A DNA stretch of 64,000 nt from an uncultured Clostridia bacterium (GCA_944377425.1 CALWEX010000049.1:294-64293), one strand, 5' to 3'; counted from the first letter of the stretch, positions 8,399 to 18,947 are shown. The notes: generated by a model from the letters alone, not told the origin. Translations and numbers: made by a program.

Positions 8399-10627
8399 TC
8401 AGCCTGTAACTCTCTGTATTTCGTCTACTCCCGGAATGTTGTTAAACTTAGTACATAATTTTTCAAGCTGTTCCTTGCCTGTAATGTCAACTGAAATATC
8501 CAAAACCGCTGTGCCGTCTTTAAGACTTCTGGCGCTTAATGCCTTAACTCTCATTCCTTCATCATTAAGCACTCTTGAAACATCAAGCACAAGTCCAAGC
8601 CTGTCATCACAAATAAGCCTAAGCTCTGCTGTGTAAGATAAGTTTCCTGTAGTTTCAGAAGAAGTATCCCACTCAGCGTCTATAAGCCTATGACGCTCCA
8701 TTTCGTCTAAGTTAATAATGTTTATACAGTCCGTACGGTGAATTGAAACACCTCTGCCCCTTGTAACAAAGCCTACAATTTCGTCACCCGGCACCGGATT
8801 ACAGCAGTGTGAGAATCTAACAGAAACATCGCCTACACCTTTAACAACTACGCCGCTGCCTTTTTTCTTTTTACCAGTCTGGGATTTTTGGGCAGACTCC
8901 TGCATATTTTTAATAACATCTTCAACAGACTGATTTTTCTTTTCTTCTTTCTTAACTTCTTCTATAAGCCTGTTTACAACTTGGCCTTCTTTAATTCCGC
9001 CAAATCCTACAGATGAGCAAAGAGTGTTAAAATCTTTAGCCGCAAAACGCCTGCAAACAACTTCCAGCCATTCCGGTTTTAAAAGGTCGTTTAAATTATA
9101 GCCTTTTTTCTTAGCATCTGCTGCTATAAGCTCTCGGCCTTTAATAATATTTTCTTCTTTAAGCTCTTTTTTAAACCACTGGTTAATTTTGGTTTTAGCC
9201 TGAGAGCTTTTAACATAATTAAGCCAGTCGGTACTTGGTCCTTTAGAGTTCTGGCTTGTTATAATTTCTACTCTGTCGCCATTTTTAAGCTGGTAATCAA
9301 ATGTAACTATTTTACCATTTACTCTTGCGCCTACCATTTTGTTGCCTATGGCAGTATGAATCATATAAGCAAAATCTATAGGTGTAGAGCCTGCCGGTAA
9401 GTTTATTACATCGCCTTTAGGCGAAAAAACATAAATCCTGTCGTTATAAATATTAAGCTCCGTTTTTACAGTATCCATGAACTCCTTATTGTCGCTCATG
9501 TTCTGCTGCCATTCAAGTATCTGCCTTAACCACGCCAGTTTCTTTTCTTCCTGCTGTGAAGTAAGGCCTGTGTTGCCTTCTTTATATTTCCAGTGTGCCG
9601 CAATACCGTATTCAGATGTACGGTGCATTTCAAATGTTCTAATCTGTATTTCAAAAGGCTCACCGTTAGGCCCAATAAGTGTATTGTGCAGTGACTGGTA
9701 CATGTTAGGCTTAGGCATAGCTATATAGTCCTTAAACCTTCCCGGCATAGGCTTATACATATCATGTACTATACCTAAAACGGCATAACAGTCGCCTACA
9801 GTATTAACTATTGCTCTTACGGCAAAAAGGTCGTATATTTGGTCGAATGTCTTATGCTGATTGCGCATTTTTTTGAATATGCTAAACATATGCTTATTTC
9901 TGCCGTAAACCTTGCCCTCAATATTGTTTTCCTTCATTTTTTCGGTAAGGTCTTTTACAATACTGTTAACATATGTAAGACACTCTTCTTTTTTCATTTC
10001 TATTTTTTCAAGTAAATCTTCGTATTCCTGAGGATAGAGATATTTAAAGCACAAGTCCTCCAGCTCAGTTTTAATTTTGGCTATACCAAGTCTGTCAGCT
10101 AAAGGCGCATAAATGTCCAGCGTTTCTTTGGCTTTTTCATTCTGCTTAGCCACAGTCATATAGTTTAAAGTACGCATGTTATGAAGCCTGTCGGCAAGCT
10201 TAATAAGGAGTACTCTTATATCTTTGGCCATGGCCATAAACATTTTACGGAAATTTTCGGCCTGTATTTCTTCTTTAGAAACCGAAACGGAATAAGAAAG
10301 ACGGCCCAGCTTTGTAACGCCGTCTACCAAAGTAGCTATTTCCTCTCCAAAATATCTTTCAATATCAGCATAAGTATACGGAGTATCTTCTATAGTATCA
10401 TGGAGCATACCGGCTATAATGGTTTCCATATCCATTTCAAGCTCGGCCAGAATATATGCCACTTTAAGAGGGTGGATTATATACGGTTCACCGGATTTTC
10501 TTTTCTGCTCTTTATGAGCACCACAGGCAAAATTAAATGCGTTTTCCAGCATGCTGAAATCCCTTGTTGGATGGTACAGCATAATTCTGTCAGTCAGTTC
10601 TTTATATAAATCATTTTCAATAGACAT
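8399..10627 (-). CDS. relA: bifunctional (p)ppGpp synthetase/hydrolase
   Basis: HD domain (HDTIEDT), synthetase, TGS and ACT regions. Likely start is ATG 10627 (MSIENDLY) behind an AAGGGGGA RBS; the tracked start 10660 is a TTG. Confidence 0.95.
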   Translation of the reverse strand: MSIENDLYKELTDRIMLYHPTRDFSMLENAFNFACGAHKEQKRKSGEPYIIHPLKVAYILAELEMDMETIIAGMLHDTIEDTPYTYADIERYFGEEIATLVDGVTKLGRLSYSVSVSKEEIQAENFRKMFMAMAKDIRVLLIKLADRLHNMRTLNYMTVAKQNEKAKETLDIYAPLADRLGIAKIKTELEDLCFKYLYPQEYEDLLEKIEMKKEECLTYVNSIVKDLTEKMKENNIEGKVYGRNKHMFSIFKKMRNQHKTFDQIYDLFAVRAIVNTVGDCYAVLGIVHDMYKPMPGRFKDYIAMPKPNMYQSLHNTLIGPNGEPFEIQIRTFEMHRTSEYGIAAHWKYKEGNTGLTSQQEEKKLAWLRQILEWQQNMSDNKEFMDTVKTELNIYNDRIYVFSPKGDVINLPAGSTPIDFAYMIHTAIGNKMVGARVNGKIVTFDYQLKNGDRVEIITSQNSKGPSTDWLNYVKSSQAKTKINQWFKKELKEENIIKGRELIAADAKKKGYNLNDLLKPEWLEVVCRRFAAKDFNTLCSSVGFGGIKEGQVVNRLIEEVKKEEKKNQSVEDVIKNMQESAQKSQTGKKKKGSGVVVKGVGDVSVRFSHCCNPVPGDEIVGFVTRGRGVSIHRTDCINIINLDEMERHRLIDAEWDTSSETTGNLSYTAELRLICDDRLGLVLDVSRVLNDEGMRVKALSARSLKDGTAVLDISVDITGKEQLEKLCTKFNNIPGVDEIQRVTG

Positions 10628-11034
10628 AACCCCAATCCCCCTTTCCAAGTCAAAATTCAAAACAAATTAAAAAAAGCTTCATATACATTTACATTACCCC
10701 TTTGGAAAAAAGCGCATGATACAAAATTTATTTCGGAATGCTTTTTCCCTTCTTACCAATTAATAGTATAAAAATAATTATAATTTACACACAAAACAAT
10801 TTCAATAGAATAAACGCAAAATATGCAAAAGCCGGTTACTAATGAATAAATTATTTATATCTTTTATACCCATTTTATAAATAATAAACACTTTTTTGTA
10901 AATTAATACAACCACTGGCAAAAAGTACATAAAACATTTGTAACGAGATTGTATTTTAAACACGGATTTTTTAATGTATACTAATAATAGGTAAACCAAA
11001 TAAATTTAAAATTACTGCTTGGAGGAAATACATA

Positions 11035-11754
11035 ATGAAGCACCAAAGACTTTTAAGCTATGTAAGGCGCGCCGTTGAGGATTACGCCATGATAGAAGAA
11101 AACGACAAAATAGCAATCGGCCTTTCAGGCGGCAAAGACAGTATATGCCTCCTTTTGGCTTTAAGCGACTTGCGGAGATTTTACCCTAAAAAGTTTTAGA
11201 TATGCGCAATTACTGTGTCTCTCGGTTTTGAATGGACTTATTTTTCCGCTATTAAAGAACTTTGTGATAAAATAAATGTAGATTACCATGTTGTCAATAC
11301 CGACATAGGCGAAATTATATTTAATGAGCGTAAAGAAACAAATCCATGCTCATTATGCGCTAAAATGCGTAAAGGCGCATTAAATGACAAGGTTGAGGAG
11401 CTTGGCTTTAACAAAATAGCCTTAGGCCACAACCGTGATGATATTATAGAAACATTTATGATGTCCCTTATATTTGAGGCCAGAATAAACACATTTGCCC
11501 CTGTTTCATTTTTAGACCGTAAAAAAATATACTCAATTCGTCCTTTAATGTACGTACCAGAAAAAGAAATAAAAGGCTATATATCCAAAAACAATATTAC
11601 TATAGTGAAAAACCCATGCCCTGCTAATGGCAATACAAAACGTCAGGAAATAAAAGAGCTTATAGCCGATTTAGGTAAAAAATACGATAATTTAGACGGC
11701 AAAATTTTCAGCGCTATATCACGTTCGCATATTAAAGGCTGGTACAAGGAGTAA
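11035..11754 (+). pseudogene. TtcA/TilS-like PP-loop ATPase (tRNA thiolation family) interrupted by an in-frame TAG
   Basis: ATG 11035 with a GGAGG RBS gives 54 codons containing the PP-loop SGGKDS. TAG at 11197-11199 is followed by the same frame continuing into the tracked ORF 11215-11754 (CSLCAKMRKGAL, GHNRDD). Confidence 0.8.
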
Positions 11755-11760
11755 TGAAAT

Positions 11761-12834
11761 ATGCCAGATAAAAGCTACTACGAAGAACAGAATAACAAAG
11801 GTCTTTTGCGCTTAAGGGAGCTTATAGACACCCTTCCGCCTTTTACGTCGGAATTTTTCCGCAGTTTAGGTCAAAGGAACACTTCCGTTCGTACAAGAAT
11901 TAACTATGCTTATGATTTACGGCTGTTTTTCAATTTTCTAATAGACAATAATCCGGTTTTGTGTACTAAAAAAATAAACACCATTACCGTTGATGACTTG
12001 GACAAAATAGAAACTACCGACATAGACCTTTTTTTGGAATACATAACACTTTATCAAAAGGAAGTTCCAGAGAGTGAAAACACTTTTGTAAACGTACAAA
12101 ACGGCGAGAAAGGCCGCGCCAGAAAGCTGGCCGCCATACGCAGTATGTATAAATACTTCGTTAAAATACAGAAAATAAAAACAAATCCGGCGGCATTAGT
12201 AGATACCCCTAAAGTACATGATAAAGAAATAATACGCCTTGAACCCGACGAAACCGCTAACCTTCTTGACGAGGTAGAAAGCGGAAACGACCTTACAGAA
12301 AAACAAAAACAGTTCCACGAAAAATACAAAAACCGGGATTTAGCCATAATAACACTTCTTGTAGGTACTGGTATGCGTGTGTCTGAGTGTGTTGGAATAG
12401 ACATTGACAACATAGACTTTAAATCAAGCAGTGTTAAGGTAACACGAAAAGGCGGAAATGAAACAGTGCTTTATTTTGGCGATGAAGTTCAAGAAGCTCT
12501 TTTAAACTATTTTGAGGAGCGCAAAGAAATACAGCCAAAAGCCGGAAGCGAAAAAGCCTTTTTCCTTTCAGCCCAAAAAACACGAATTACAACAAGAGCT
12601 GTACAGCTTCTTGTAAAAAAATACTCAACAGTAAGCGTAAAGCTTAAAAAAATAACACCGCATAAACTGCGGAGCACTTACGGCACAACACTTTATAACG
12701 AAACAGGTGACATTTACCTTGTAGCCGATGTTTTAGGCCATGCCGATGTTAACACAACAAAACGGCATTACGCAAGAATGGAAGACCACAACCGCCGCAA
12801 AGCGGCTAAAATAATTAAGCTTAGAAAGGAGTAA
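11761..12834 (+). CDS. tyrosine site-specific recombinase (XerC/XerD family)
   Basis: 357 aa. C-terminal catalytic pattern HKLRSTYGT...GHADVNTTKRHY and an N-terminal SAM-like core-binding domain. Confidence 0.85.
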   Translation: MPDKSYYEEQNNKGLLRLRELIDTLPPFTSEFFRSLGQRNTSVRTRINYAYDLRLFFNFLIDNNPVLCTKKINTITVDDLDKIETTDIDLFLEYITLYQKEVPESENTFVNVQNGEKGRARKLAAIRSMYKYFVKIQKIKTNPAALVDTPKVHDKEIIRLEPDETANLLDEVESGNDLTEKQKQFHEKYKNRDLAIITLLVGTGMRVSECVGIDIDNIDFKSSSVKVTRKGGNETVLYFGDEVQEALLNYFEERKEIQPKAGSEKAFFLSAQKTRITTRAVQLLVKKYSTVSVKLKKITPHKLRSTYGTTLYNETGDIYLVADVLGHADVNTTKRHYARMEDHNRRKAAKIIKLRKE

Positions 12835-12838
12835 ACAA

Positions 12839-13462
12839 ATGGATATTGCATTTTTACAAATTAATGAAATATTTAAAAAACGTACACTAAACCCCAACGG
12901 CGCATTAAAGCCTGCGGCAGTGCTTTTACCCCTTTTTGAGGAAAACGGCGAAATAAAGCTTCTTATAACCCAGCGTGCTCTTGATTTAGACCGTCAGCCT
13001 GGAGATTTTTGCTTTCCGGGAGGCCATGCCGAAAATAATGAGTCCCCGGAAGAAACAGCCGTTAGAGAAACATTCGAGGAAATAGGAATACAGGAAAAAG
13101 ATATTGATATACTTGGCCGACTTGACTTTATAGTTTCAGCTTTTGGCCTTTACATAATACCAATAGCCGCAAAAATAACACCTGAGGCAGTTAAAAATAT
13201 AACCATAAGCCGAAGTGAGGTAGAAAAAGTAATAGCTGTTCCCCTTAAATTCTTTATGGAAACAGAGCCTGAAAAATATACAATAAACATGCTTTATGAT
13301 TTCCCGGAAGATTTTCCTTTTAATAAAATATTCGGCGGAAAGAACTACCAATGGTCAAAACCTAAAATGGTGGAATATTTTTATGAATATGAAGGAAATG
13401 TTATTTGGGGCTTAACTGCCGGCATAATACGCAACTTGTGTTCAATACTGAAAAATAATTAA
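12839..13462 (+). CDS. Nudix hydrolase (CoA pyrophosphatase-like)
   Basis: Nudix box GGHAENNESPEETAVRETFEEIGI. Confidence 0.85.
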   Translation: MDIAFLQINEIFKKRTLNPNGALKPAAVLLPLFEENGEIKLLITQRALDLDRQPGDFCFPGGHAENNESPEETAVRETFEEIGIQEKDIDILGRLDFIVSAFGLYIIPIAAKITPEAVKNITISRSEVEKVIAVPLKFFMETEPEKYTINMLYDFPEDFPFNKIFGGKNYQWSKPKMVEYFYEYEGNVIWGLTAGIIRNLCSILKNN

Positions 13463-13475
13463 TAAGTCAAAAATA

Positions 13476-13514
13476 AAAAGTACGAAGCTCTTTTTATAAG
13501 AATTTCGTACTTTT
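13476..13514. terminator. bidirectional terminator between the Nudix and aminotransferase genes
   Basis: AAAAGTACGAA ... TTCGTACTTTT stem. Confidence 0.7.
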
Positions 13515-13539
13515 ATTTTGAATTAAAAACTTTAATACG

Positions 13540-14712
13540 TTATTTCTTGATTATGCCGCTGTTTTTAATTGACTCAACAACTTTTTTCATGCCTTCAACG
13601 TCCTGAACAAGAGCTACACGAACATAGCCTTCACCAAGACTGCCGAAAACACTGCCCGGAACACAGAATACACCGGCTTTATCTATAAGCTCAAGAACAA
13701 AATCGTTTGAATTTGTGTATCCTTCTGGAAGCGGAGCCCATGCAAACATTGTACCTTCTGATACAAGGCCTTTCCAGCCTATGCTTTCAAGACCATCTCT
13801 TAAAGCGTTTCTGCGGCGCTCATACTCTGCTCTGTTTCTTTCAACGCTGTCCTGTGGGCCTAAAAGAGCTGCAACAGCCGCTTTCTGTACAGGTATAAAA
13901 ATACCGTAATCAATCTGTGAACGGAGTTTTTTAAACTCACTTATAATCTTTTTGTTGCCTAAAGCAAAGGAAATTCTTGCGCCTGTAAGGTTATATGTTT
14001 TAGAAAGTGAGTTAAACTCAATACCTACATCTTTAGCGCCTTCTATTGAAAGGAAAGAAATTCCTTTTTTACCGTCATAAACAAGCTCTGAATAAGCATT
14101 GTCGTGAAGAACAATTACATTATATTTTTTAGCCCATGCCACAAGCTCCTCGTAAAAGCTTACTGGTGCCAAACGGCATATAGGGTTTGCCGGATATGAT
14201 ACAACAATAGCTTTGGCCTTTCTTGCCACATCTTCCGGTATAGAGTTAAAATCTATAAGATAACCGTTTTCTTCTTTAAGCTCATAATACTCAATATTTG
14301 CGTCATTAAGCATAGGGCCTATAGAAAAAACAGGGTATCCTGGGTTTGGCACAAGAACAGTATCCCCAACATTGCATATTGTAAGGGCAACACGGCTTAT
14401 ACCTTCCTGCGAGCCATAAAGGGACATTATCTCGTCTTTTTCAAGCTCTACATTATATCTTCTTTTATACCAAACCTGTACGGCCTCAAGCATTTCGTCT
14501 TTGTCTGTAATAGCGTATTTAAAATTCTCAGGAATTTTGGCGGCTTCTACAAGGGCGTCAACTACATGCTTTTCAGGCAAAAAGTCTGGTGTTCCTACTG
14601 AAAGGTCAAAAACAGGCTTATTCTCTTTTAACCTTTCTTTTTTAATATTGGCCAGCGTAGTAAATATACCCTCTTTAAAGCTGTCCATTCTGTCTGCGAA
14701 TTTAATTTCCAT
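13540..14712 (-). CDS. class I/II pyridoxal-phosphate aminotransferase
   Basis: 390 aa, PLP-lysine motif SLSKTYNLTGARI; GGAGGG RBS. Confidence 0.88.
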   Translation of the reverse strand: MEIKFADRMDSFKEGIFTTLANIKKERLKENKPVFDLSVGTPDFLPEKHVVDALVEAAKIPENFKYAITDKDEMLEAVQVWYKRRYNVELEKDEIMSLYGSQEGISRVALTICNVGDTVLVPNPGYPVFSIGPMLNDANIEYYELKEENGYLIDFNSIPEDVARKAKAIVVSYPANPICRLAPVSFYEELVAWAKKYNVIVLHDNAYSELVYDGKKGISFLSIEGAKDVGIEFNSLSKTYNLTGARISFALGNKKIISEFKKLRSQIDYGIFIPVQKAAVAALLGPQDSVERNRAEYERRRNALRDGLESIGWKGLVSEGTMFAWAPLPEGYTNSNDFVLELIDKAGVFCVPGSVFGSLGEGYVRVALVQDVEGMKKVVESIKNSGIIKK

Positions 14713-14767
14713 GTCTATCCCTCCAAAATTGCCACTTTTAAGCGTTTTGTTTATTATAATCAGAGTA

Positions 14768-14809
14768 AAAAAAATACCCTATACTTTTAACAGTATAAGG
14801 GTATTTTTT
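14768..14809. terminator. terminator downstream of the PdxA-family gene
   Basis: TACCCTATACT / AGTATAAGGGTA stem with one bulge, flanked by A and T runs. Confidence 0.75.
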
Positions 14810-14823
14810 AATTTAATCAACTG

Positions 14824-15819
14824 TTATTTTGCGAAATTAGGGGAATACTTAGCAGCAAGAAGTATAGCCTCGGCCATGCTTACTTCGCTTACAATATTCT
14901 TTCCGGCAATATCAAATGCTGTTCCGTGGTCTACAGATGTACGGAGTATAGGCATACCGCCTGTAATAGCTATTGTACGTTCAAAGTCCAAAGTTTTTGT
15001 AGCAATATGTCCCTGGTCGTGGTAAAGGCTTAAAACACTGTTGAATTTGCCTTTAAGTGCAAGATGGAAAACAGAGTCCGCACCTATAGGACCAGCTACA
15101 TCGTAGCCCATTTTCTTAAGTTCCTCTATTGCAGGCATAACCTCTTCAACTTCTTCATTGCCAAAAAGACCATGCTCACCACTGTGAGGGTTAAGTCCGG
15201 CTATAGCCATTGTGCCTTCTGTTACACCAAGGCGTTTTAAAGCCTCAGTACAACGAACAACGTAATCTATAATTCTGTCTTTTTTAATCATATCACAAGC
15301 CTGTCTTAATGATACATGCCTTGTAAGGAAAAATACTCTTAAGCCTCTAACCTCAAACATTGTAAGAGGGTCTGGTGTATTTGTAAGAGCACCGAAAATT
15401 TCTGTGTGTCCTATAAAATTAATGCCGCCTGCTCTTAATGCCTCTTTGTTAATTGGTGTTGTGGCAACGGCGTCTACTTTTCTGTCATTGGCAAGCTGAA
15501 CGGATTTTTCAATGTATTCATAAGCCGCCTTGCCGCACATTCCCTGTACCTTTCCAAACTCAAACTTATCCATATCTATGTTGTTAAGGTCTATAACATT
15601 AACAACACCTTCTGAATAATCCCCGTTTTCAGGCTCATCTATTACATTAACTCTAAGATTTGTACCTGTAATTTTAACGGCATTTTCTATTATTTTTTTG
15701 TCGCCTACAACAACACATCTTGCAGCGTCAAATATTTCTTTAAGGGCTAAAGCCTTAACTGTAATTTCAGGGCCTACTCCGGCAACATCTCCTATTGGTA
15801 TGGCTACTAAAGGTTTCAT
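14824..15819 (-). CDS. PdxA-family 4-phospho-hydroxyacid dehydrogenase (PdxA2 type)
   Basis: [11 protein letters not shown] metal-site motif. Start is ATG 15819 (MKPLVAIP) behind GGAGG; the tracked start 15834 lies inside the RBS. Confidence 0.88.
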   Translation of the reverse strand: MKPLVAIPIGDVAGVGPEITVKALALKEIFDAARCVVVGDKKIIENAVKITGTNLRVNVIDEPENGDYSEGVVNVIDLNNIDMDKFEFGKVQGMCGKAAYEYIEKSVQLANDRKVDAVATTPINKEALRAGGINFIGHTEIFGALTNTPDPLTMFEVRGLRVFFLTRHVSLRQACDMIKKDRIIDYVVRCTEALKRLGVTEGTMAIAGLNPHSGEHGLFGNEEVEEVMPAIEELKKMGYDVAGPIGADSVFHLALKGKFNSVLSLYHDQGHIATKTLDFERTIAITGGMPILRTSVDHGTAFDIAGKNIVSEVSMAEAILLAAKYSPNFAK

Positions 15820-15838
15820 TATTAATTCCTCCAAATTT

Positions 15839-17149
15839 TCAGTTATTTATTTTTCTTAACAGATAATTCATGCATGTTTTCATGGCGTAGCGGTCGCCAA
15901 CCATTCCGCCTTTTGTAACTATTTTAAGTCCGTCAAACTCACCTGAAAGCATTTCGCCGTGAGCTGCCAAAGGCGCAACATCTTCTACCAGTTTAAGACC
16001 AGCTACATTAAGTCTTTTACATACAGCAACAGTTATATCTCCGCCGGATGTATAAAGACCTTTAAATGACCTGTCACCGCGAAGAATTTTTTCTGCAACT
16101 TCCGCAAAAGCGTCGTTTATAATTCTTGATACCCCTTCAGCTGATGTATTGTAATATTCCATATATGTTTTAAATGAAATTCGTTTAGCTGGGAATATAC
16201 CATCGCCTACTACAGAACACATCTCGTAGTCGTCGCATTTATAGAGTATTTCGTTAGCAAGGCGGGCAATTTCGGCCTCACGCCTTTCTGGACTTCTTAA
16301 AAATTCTTCTGTTTCAGCATAAATATTAAGTGTTTTTGGCTGTGTCTGCAAAAATTCTTCCAACTGACCTCTTGCTACAGCATTTGTTGTACCTATTATA
16401 GCCAAAACCTTATTGTGGCTCTTTTTAGCCTTTGTACTTGGTACCAGTTTGCTTACTACTGTAGCTGTAAATATTCCAGGGTCAACAGTAATAAAGTTTA
16501 CACCGCTTTTAATAACAGCCTCTGCAACCAAATCCATATCATCCTGAGTAAGGCTGTCGAATATTATAATTCTTTTGCCTTCCTTTTTGTAAAGCTTAAT
16601 TTTATCTGATATGTAATCAACACCATACATCATATCGTCTACCATAATGGAGCCGATATCGTATTTGCTCTGCTTTCTAAAAAGCAGTGACGGAAGCGGA
16701 GTATTAATAGATGCCAAAGGGTCAGCTGCGGCTTCGGTTTTATGCAGTGGCACACCGTTAACAAGCACATAGCCGCCTATAATAACCCTGTTTGCCTGTG
16801 GGAAGCACGGCACAACCATAGCTATGGCGTCATTATCTAAAGCATCCAGCATTGCGTCAGTTTCGCTGCCTAAATTTCCTCTTAAAGTTGAGTCTATTCT
16901 TTTTGAATATACTGATATATTCTCGTTCATAAAGAACTTTGTGGCGTTATAAACCAGCTTGTACGCCGTGTCGGAATTAACTTGACGGCTGTTTGTAGGG
17001 TAAACAATACAGTCACACTCCGGCATATTGTTAGGGTCAAGGCCTTCCATATTAACAATAGAGTATGTATCATAACCGTACCCACTTATCATAACGCCGG
17101 TGGCGTTTCCGCCGGTAAGGTCGTCAGCAATTACAACACACTTGTGCAT
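15839..17149 (-). CDS. four-carbon acid sugar kinase (DUF1537 family)
   Basis: 436 aa, N-terminal [13 protein letters not shown] motif, adjacent to PdxA2. Confidence 0.85.
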   Translation of the reverse strand: MHKCVVIADDLTGGNATGVMISGYGYDTYSIVNMEGLDPNNMPECDCIVYPTNSRQVNSDTAYKLVYNATKFFMNENISVYSKRIDSTLRGNLGSETDAMLDALDNDAIAMVVPCFPQANRVIIGGYVLVNGVPLHKTEAAADPLASINTPLPSLLFRKQSKYDIGSIMVDDMMYGVDYISDKIKLYKKEGKRIIIFDSLTQDDMDLVAEAVIKSGVNFITVDPGIFTATVVSKLVPSTKAKKSHNKVLAIIGTTNAVARGQLEEFLQTQPKTLNIYAETEEFLRSPERREAEIARLANEILYKCDDYEMCSVVGDGIFPAKRISFKTYMEYYNTSAEGVSRIINDAFAEVAEKILRGDRSFKGLYTSGGDITVAVCKRLNVAGLKLVEDVAPLAAHGEMLSGEFDGLKIVTKGGMVGDRYAMKTCMNYLLRKINN

Positions 17150-17268
17150 AAATTATCCCCCTTCAGGTTGCTTTTTGATTATAGGACAAGCTTAATACAT
17201 GTGTGAAATATACAATTTTATCCACAAAAGAACGTATAAAGCCGTATAATTTGTTATTTATAACCAAC

Positions 17269-17297
17269 ATTATATTCCAAAGGGTAATATGTGTCAA
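17269..17297 (-). promoter_or_regulatory. sigma-A type promoter of the kinase-pdxA2 unit
   Basis: Minus strand TTGACA (17297-17292), 17 nt spacer, TATAAT (17274-17269). Confidence 0.7.
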
Positions 17298-17324
17298 TGT
17301 AGCTTTATGCATCAAAATAGCAGT

Positions 17325-17370
17325 AAACCCATGTTTTAAATTCAGCTAAAAGCTTTAAAAACATGGGTTT
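17325..17370 (-). terminator. hairpin after the UxaA-like large subunit gene
   Basis: AAACCCATGTTTT / AAAAACATGGGTTT stem; the U-tract on the minus strand is weak (ACUGCUAUUUU). Confidence 0.5.
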
Positions 17371-17464
17371 ATGGCGTATCACAAATTAAAAATCCATTTA
17401 TTTTTTATTATTAATTAATGTTTTCGCCTTAATTAAATTACAGTTAAAATATTGCGCACAAACA

Positions 17465-18625
17465 TTATATAAATTTGCATATTCTCTGCATAGAGCACTC
17501 GTTAAAGCCAAAAGCTTCAGCCTTTGTAACCTTTCCGTTAGCAACTTCCAACATTTCGTTAAAAAGCTCTTCGCCTCTTTGGTCAATAGTCTTTTCGCCT
17601 GTTAAAACAACGCTGGCATCAAAATCGATATTGTCTTTCATGTTAGCGTATGTTTTAGCGTTTCCTGTTACTTTAATTACAGGAGCAATTATGTTTCCTG
17701 TAGGTGTTCCGCGGCCTGTTGTAAATATTATAAGCTGGCAGCCGCCGGCAACCATAGCTGTAACAGAAGCCACATCAAAACCTGGTGTATCCATAATAAG
17801 AGCGCCTTTTTTAGTAGGCATCTGAGCGTATTCAAGAACTTCCATAATAGGTCTTGTACCACCTTTATAAATACAGCCAAGAGATTTTTCTTCTATAGTT
17901 GAAATGCCGCCTTCTTTGTTTCCTGGTGTAGGCTGGCCTGTTCTTAAATTCTGGTTTACATTTGCCAAATGCTCTTCAAGGTCTTTGCAAATGCCTATAA
18001 TCTGTTTTTTAATTTCAGGTGTAGCAGCTCTTTTTGCAAGTATATGCTCAGCGCCTATAAACTCAGTTGTTTCGCTCATAACAGCAGAACCGCCGTTATC
18101 TACAACCATATCACTTACTTTTCCTACAACAGGGTTAGCTGCAAGTCCGCTTGTAGCATCGCTGCCGCCGCACTCAAGGCCAATAAAAAGCTCGCTTAAA
18201 GGAATTTCCTCTTTTTTAACAAGTGAAGCTTCCTGAACAAACTTTCTTGCTGCCTTAACAGCTTTATTAATAGCGTTTACTGTACCGCCTTCGTCCTGAA
18301 TAACAACAACCTCTAAAGGTTTATTTGTTTTTGCTCTTATAGCATCGGCCATTTTATCAGGGGTACATCCTTCGCAGCCAAGGCCTACAAGAACAGTAGC
18401 ATATATATTAGGGTTAGCTGCAAAACCTGAATACATATCATAACAAATTTTAAGATTCTGCTCTACCTCAGAGCAGCCTGCCTGATTGCTTACATACACA
18501 GCACCTTCCACTTGGTCGGCTACAATTCTGCATGTTTCGCTTGAACAAACACAAGTCGGCAGAATAAGAACTTTGTTTCTTATGCCTGCTTTGCCGTCAG
18601 GCCTTCTATATCCCATAAAATTCAT
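17465..18625 (-). CDS. UxaA/GarD-family hydro-lyase, large (catalytic) subunit
   Basis: 386 aa, resembles the C-terminal part of altronate/galactarate dehydratases; GGAGGAA RBS. Confidence 0.85.
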   Translation of the reverse strand: MNFMGYRRPDGKAGIRNKVLILPTCVCSSETCRIVADQVEGAVYVSNQAGCSEVEQNLKICYDMYSGFAANPNIYATVLVGLGCEGCTPDKMADAIRAKTNKPLEVVVIQDEGGTVNAINKAVKAARKFVQEASLVKKEEIPLSELFIGLECGGSDATSGLAANPVVGKVSDMVVDNGGSAVMSETTEFIGAEHILAKRAATPEIKKQIIGICKDLEEHLANVNQNLRTGQPTPGNKEGGISTIEEKSLGCIYKGGTRPIMEVLEYAQMPTKKGALIMDTPGFDVASVTAMVAGGCQLIIFTTGRGTPTGNIIAPVIKVTGNAKTYANMKDNIDFDASVVLTGEKTIDQRGEELFNEMLEVANGKVTKAEAFGFNECSMQRICKFI

Positions 18626-18653
18626 ATTGTGTTTCCTCCTTTAATCAGTAAAA

Positions 18654-18947
18654 TTACAGCTCGTCCTCATAATTTCTTGGAAGTGACATAATGTTTTTAT
18701 GACTAATCCAGCATCCTTCGTCGGCATCAGATGTCATACCGCCTATAATCTGGCCATACTTAATAACATGCTCATCTTTTTTCATGCTTTTAAGCGCTAT
18801 TTTGTGATATGCCGGTATGCTTTCTTTAGCTATTACCGACATTTCGGCGCCGTCTTTAACGTAACAAACTTTGTCGCCTTTTTCAACATCCTCAACAACA
18901 GTTGCCACAGTGTCAACAGGTCTTAACATAAGAGCTTTTTTATCCAT
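18654..18947 (-). CDS. UxaA/GarD-family hydro-lyase, small SAF-domain subunit
   Basis: 97 aa, corresponds to the N-terminal SAF domain of UxaA, immediately upstream of the large subunit. Confidence 0.8.
   Translation of the reverse strand: MDKKALMLRPVDTVATVVEDVEKGDKVCYVKDGAEMSVIAKESIPAYHKIALKSMKKDEHVIKYGQIIGGMTSDADEGCWISHKNIMSLPRNYEDEL

Noticed and set aside
10802-10999. 65-aa ORF in the relA/ttcA-like divergent promoter region.
   Set aside because: AT-rich spacer, no RBS, Ile/Lys/Tyr/Phe-dominated sequence. Most likely a chance ORF in promoter DNA.
11197-11199. The TAG in the TtcA-like gene as a pyrrolysine or otherwise recoded sense codon.
   Set aside because: No pyl genes or PYLIS-like context are visible here, and other genes in the window appear to terminate normally. 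A nonsense mutation or sequencing error is simpler. It is kept as a finding only because it is checkable.
11761-12834. The tyrosine recombinase as a marker of an integrated mobile element.
   Set aside because: No flanking direct repeats, tRNA target, phage/conjugation genes or compositional break were seen. The neighbours are housekeeping genes in tight operon-like spacing, consistent with a chromosomal Xer-type recombinase.
14501-15025. Long antisense or shadow ORFs inside real genes. Examples: 14501-15025, 5125-5517, 10181-10609, 28707-29183, 29310-29705, 49753-50235, 51974-52519, 58712-59113, 26555-26947.
   Set aside because: They lie opposite or out of frame to genes with strong family signatures, have skewed low-complexity composition (Ser/Leu/Phe/Ile-rich), and have no RBS.
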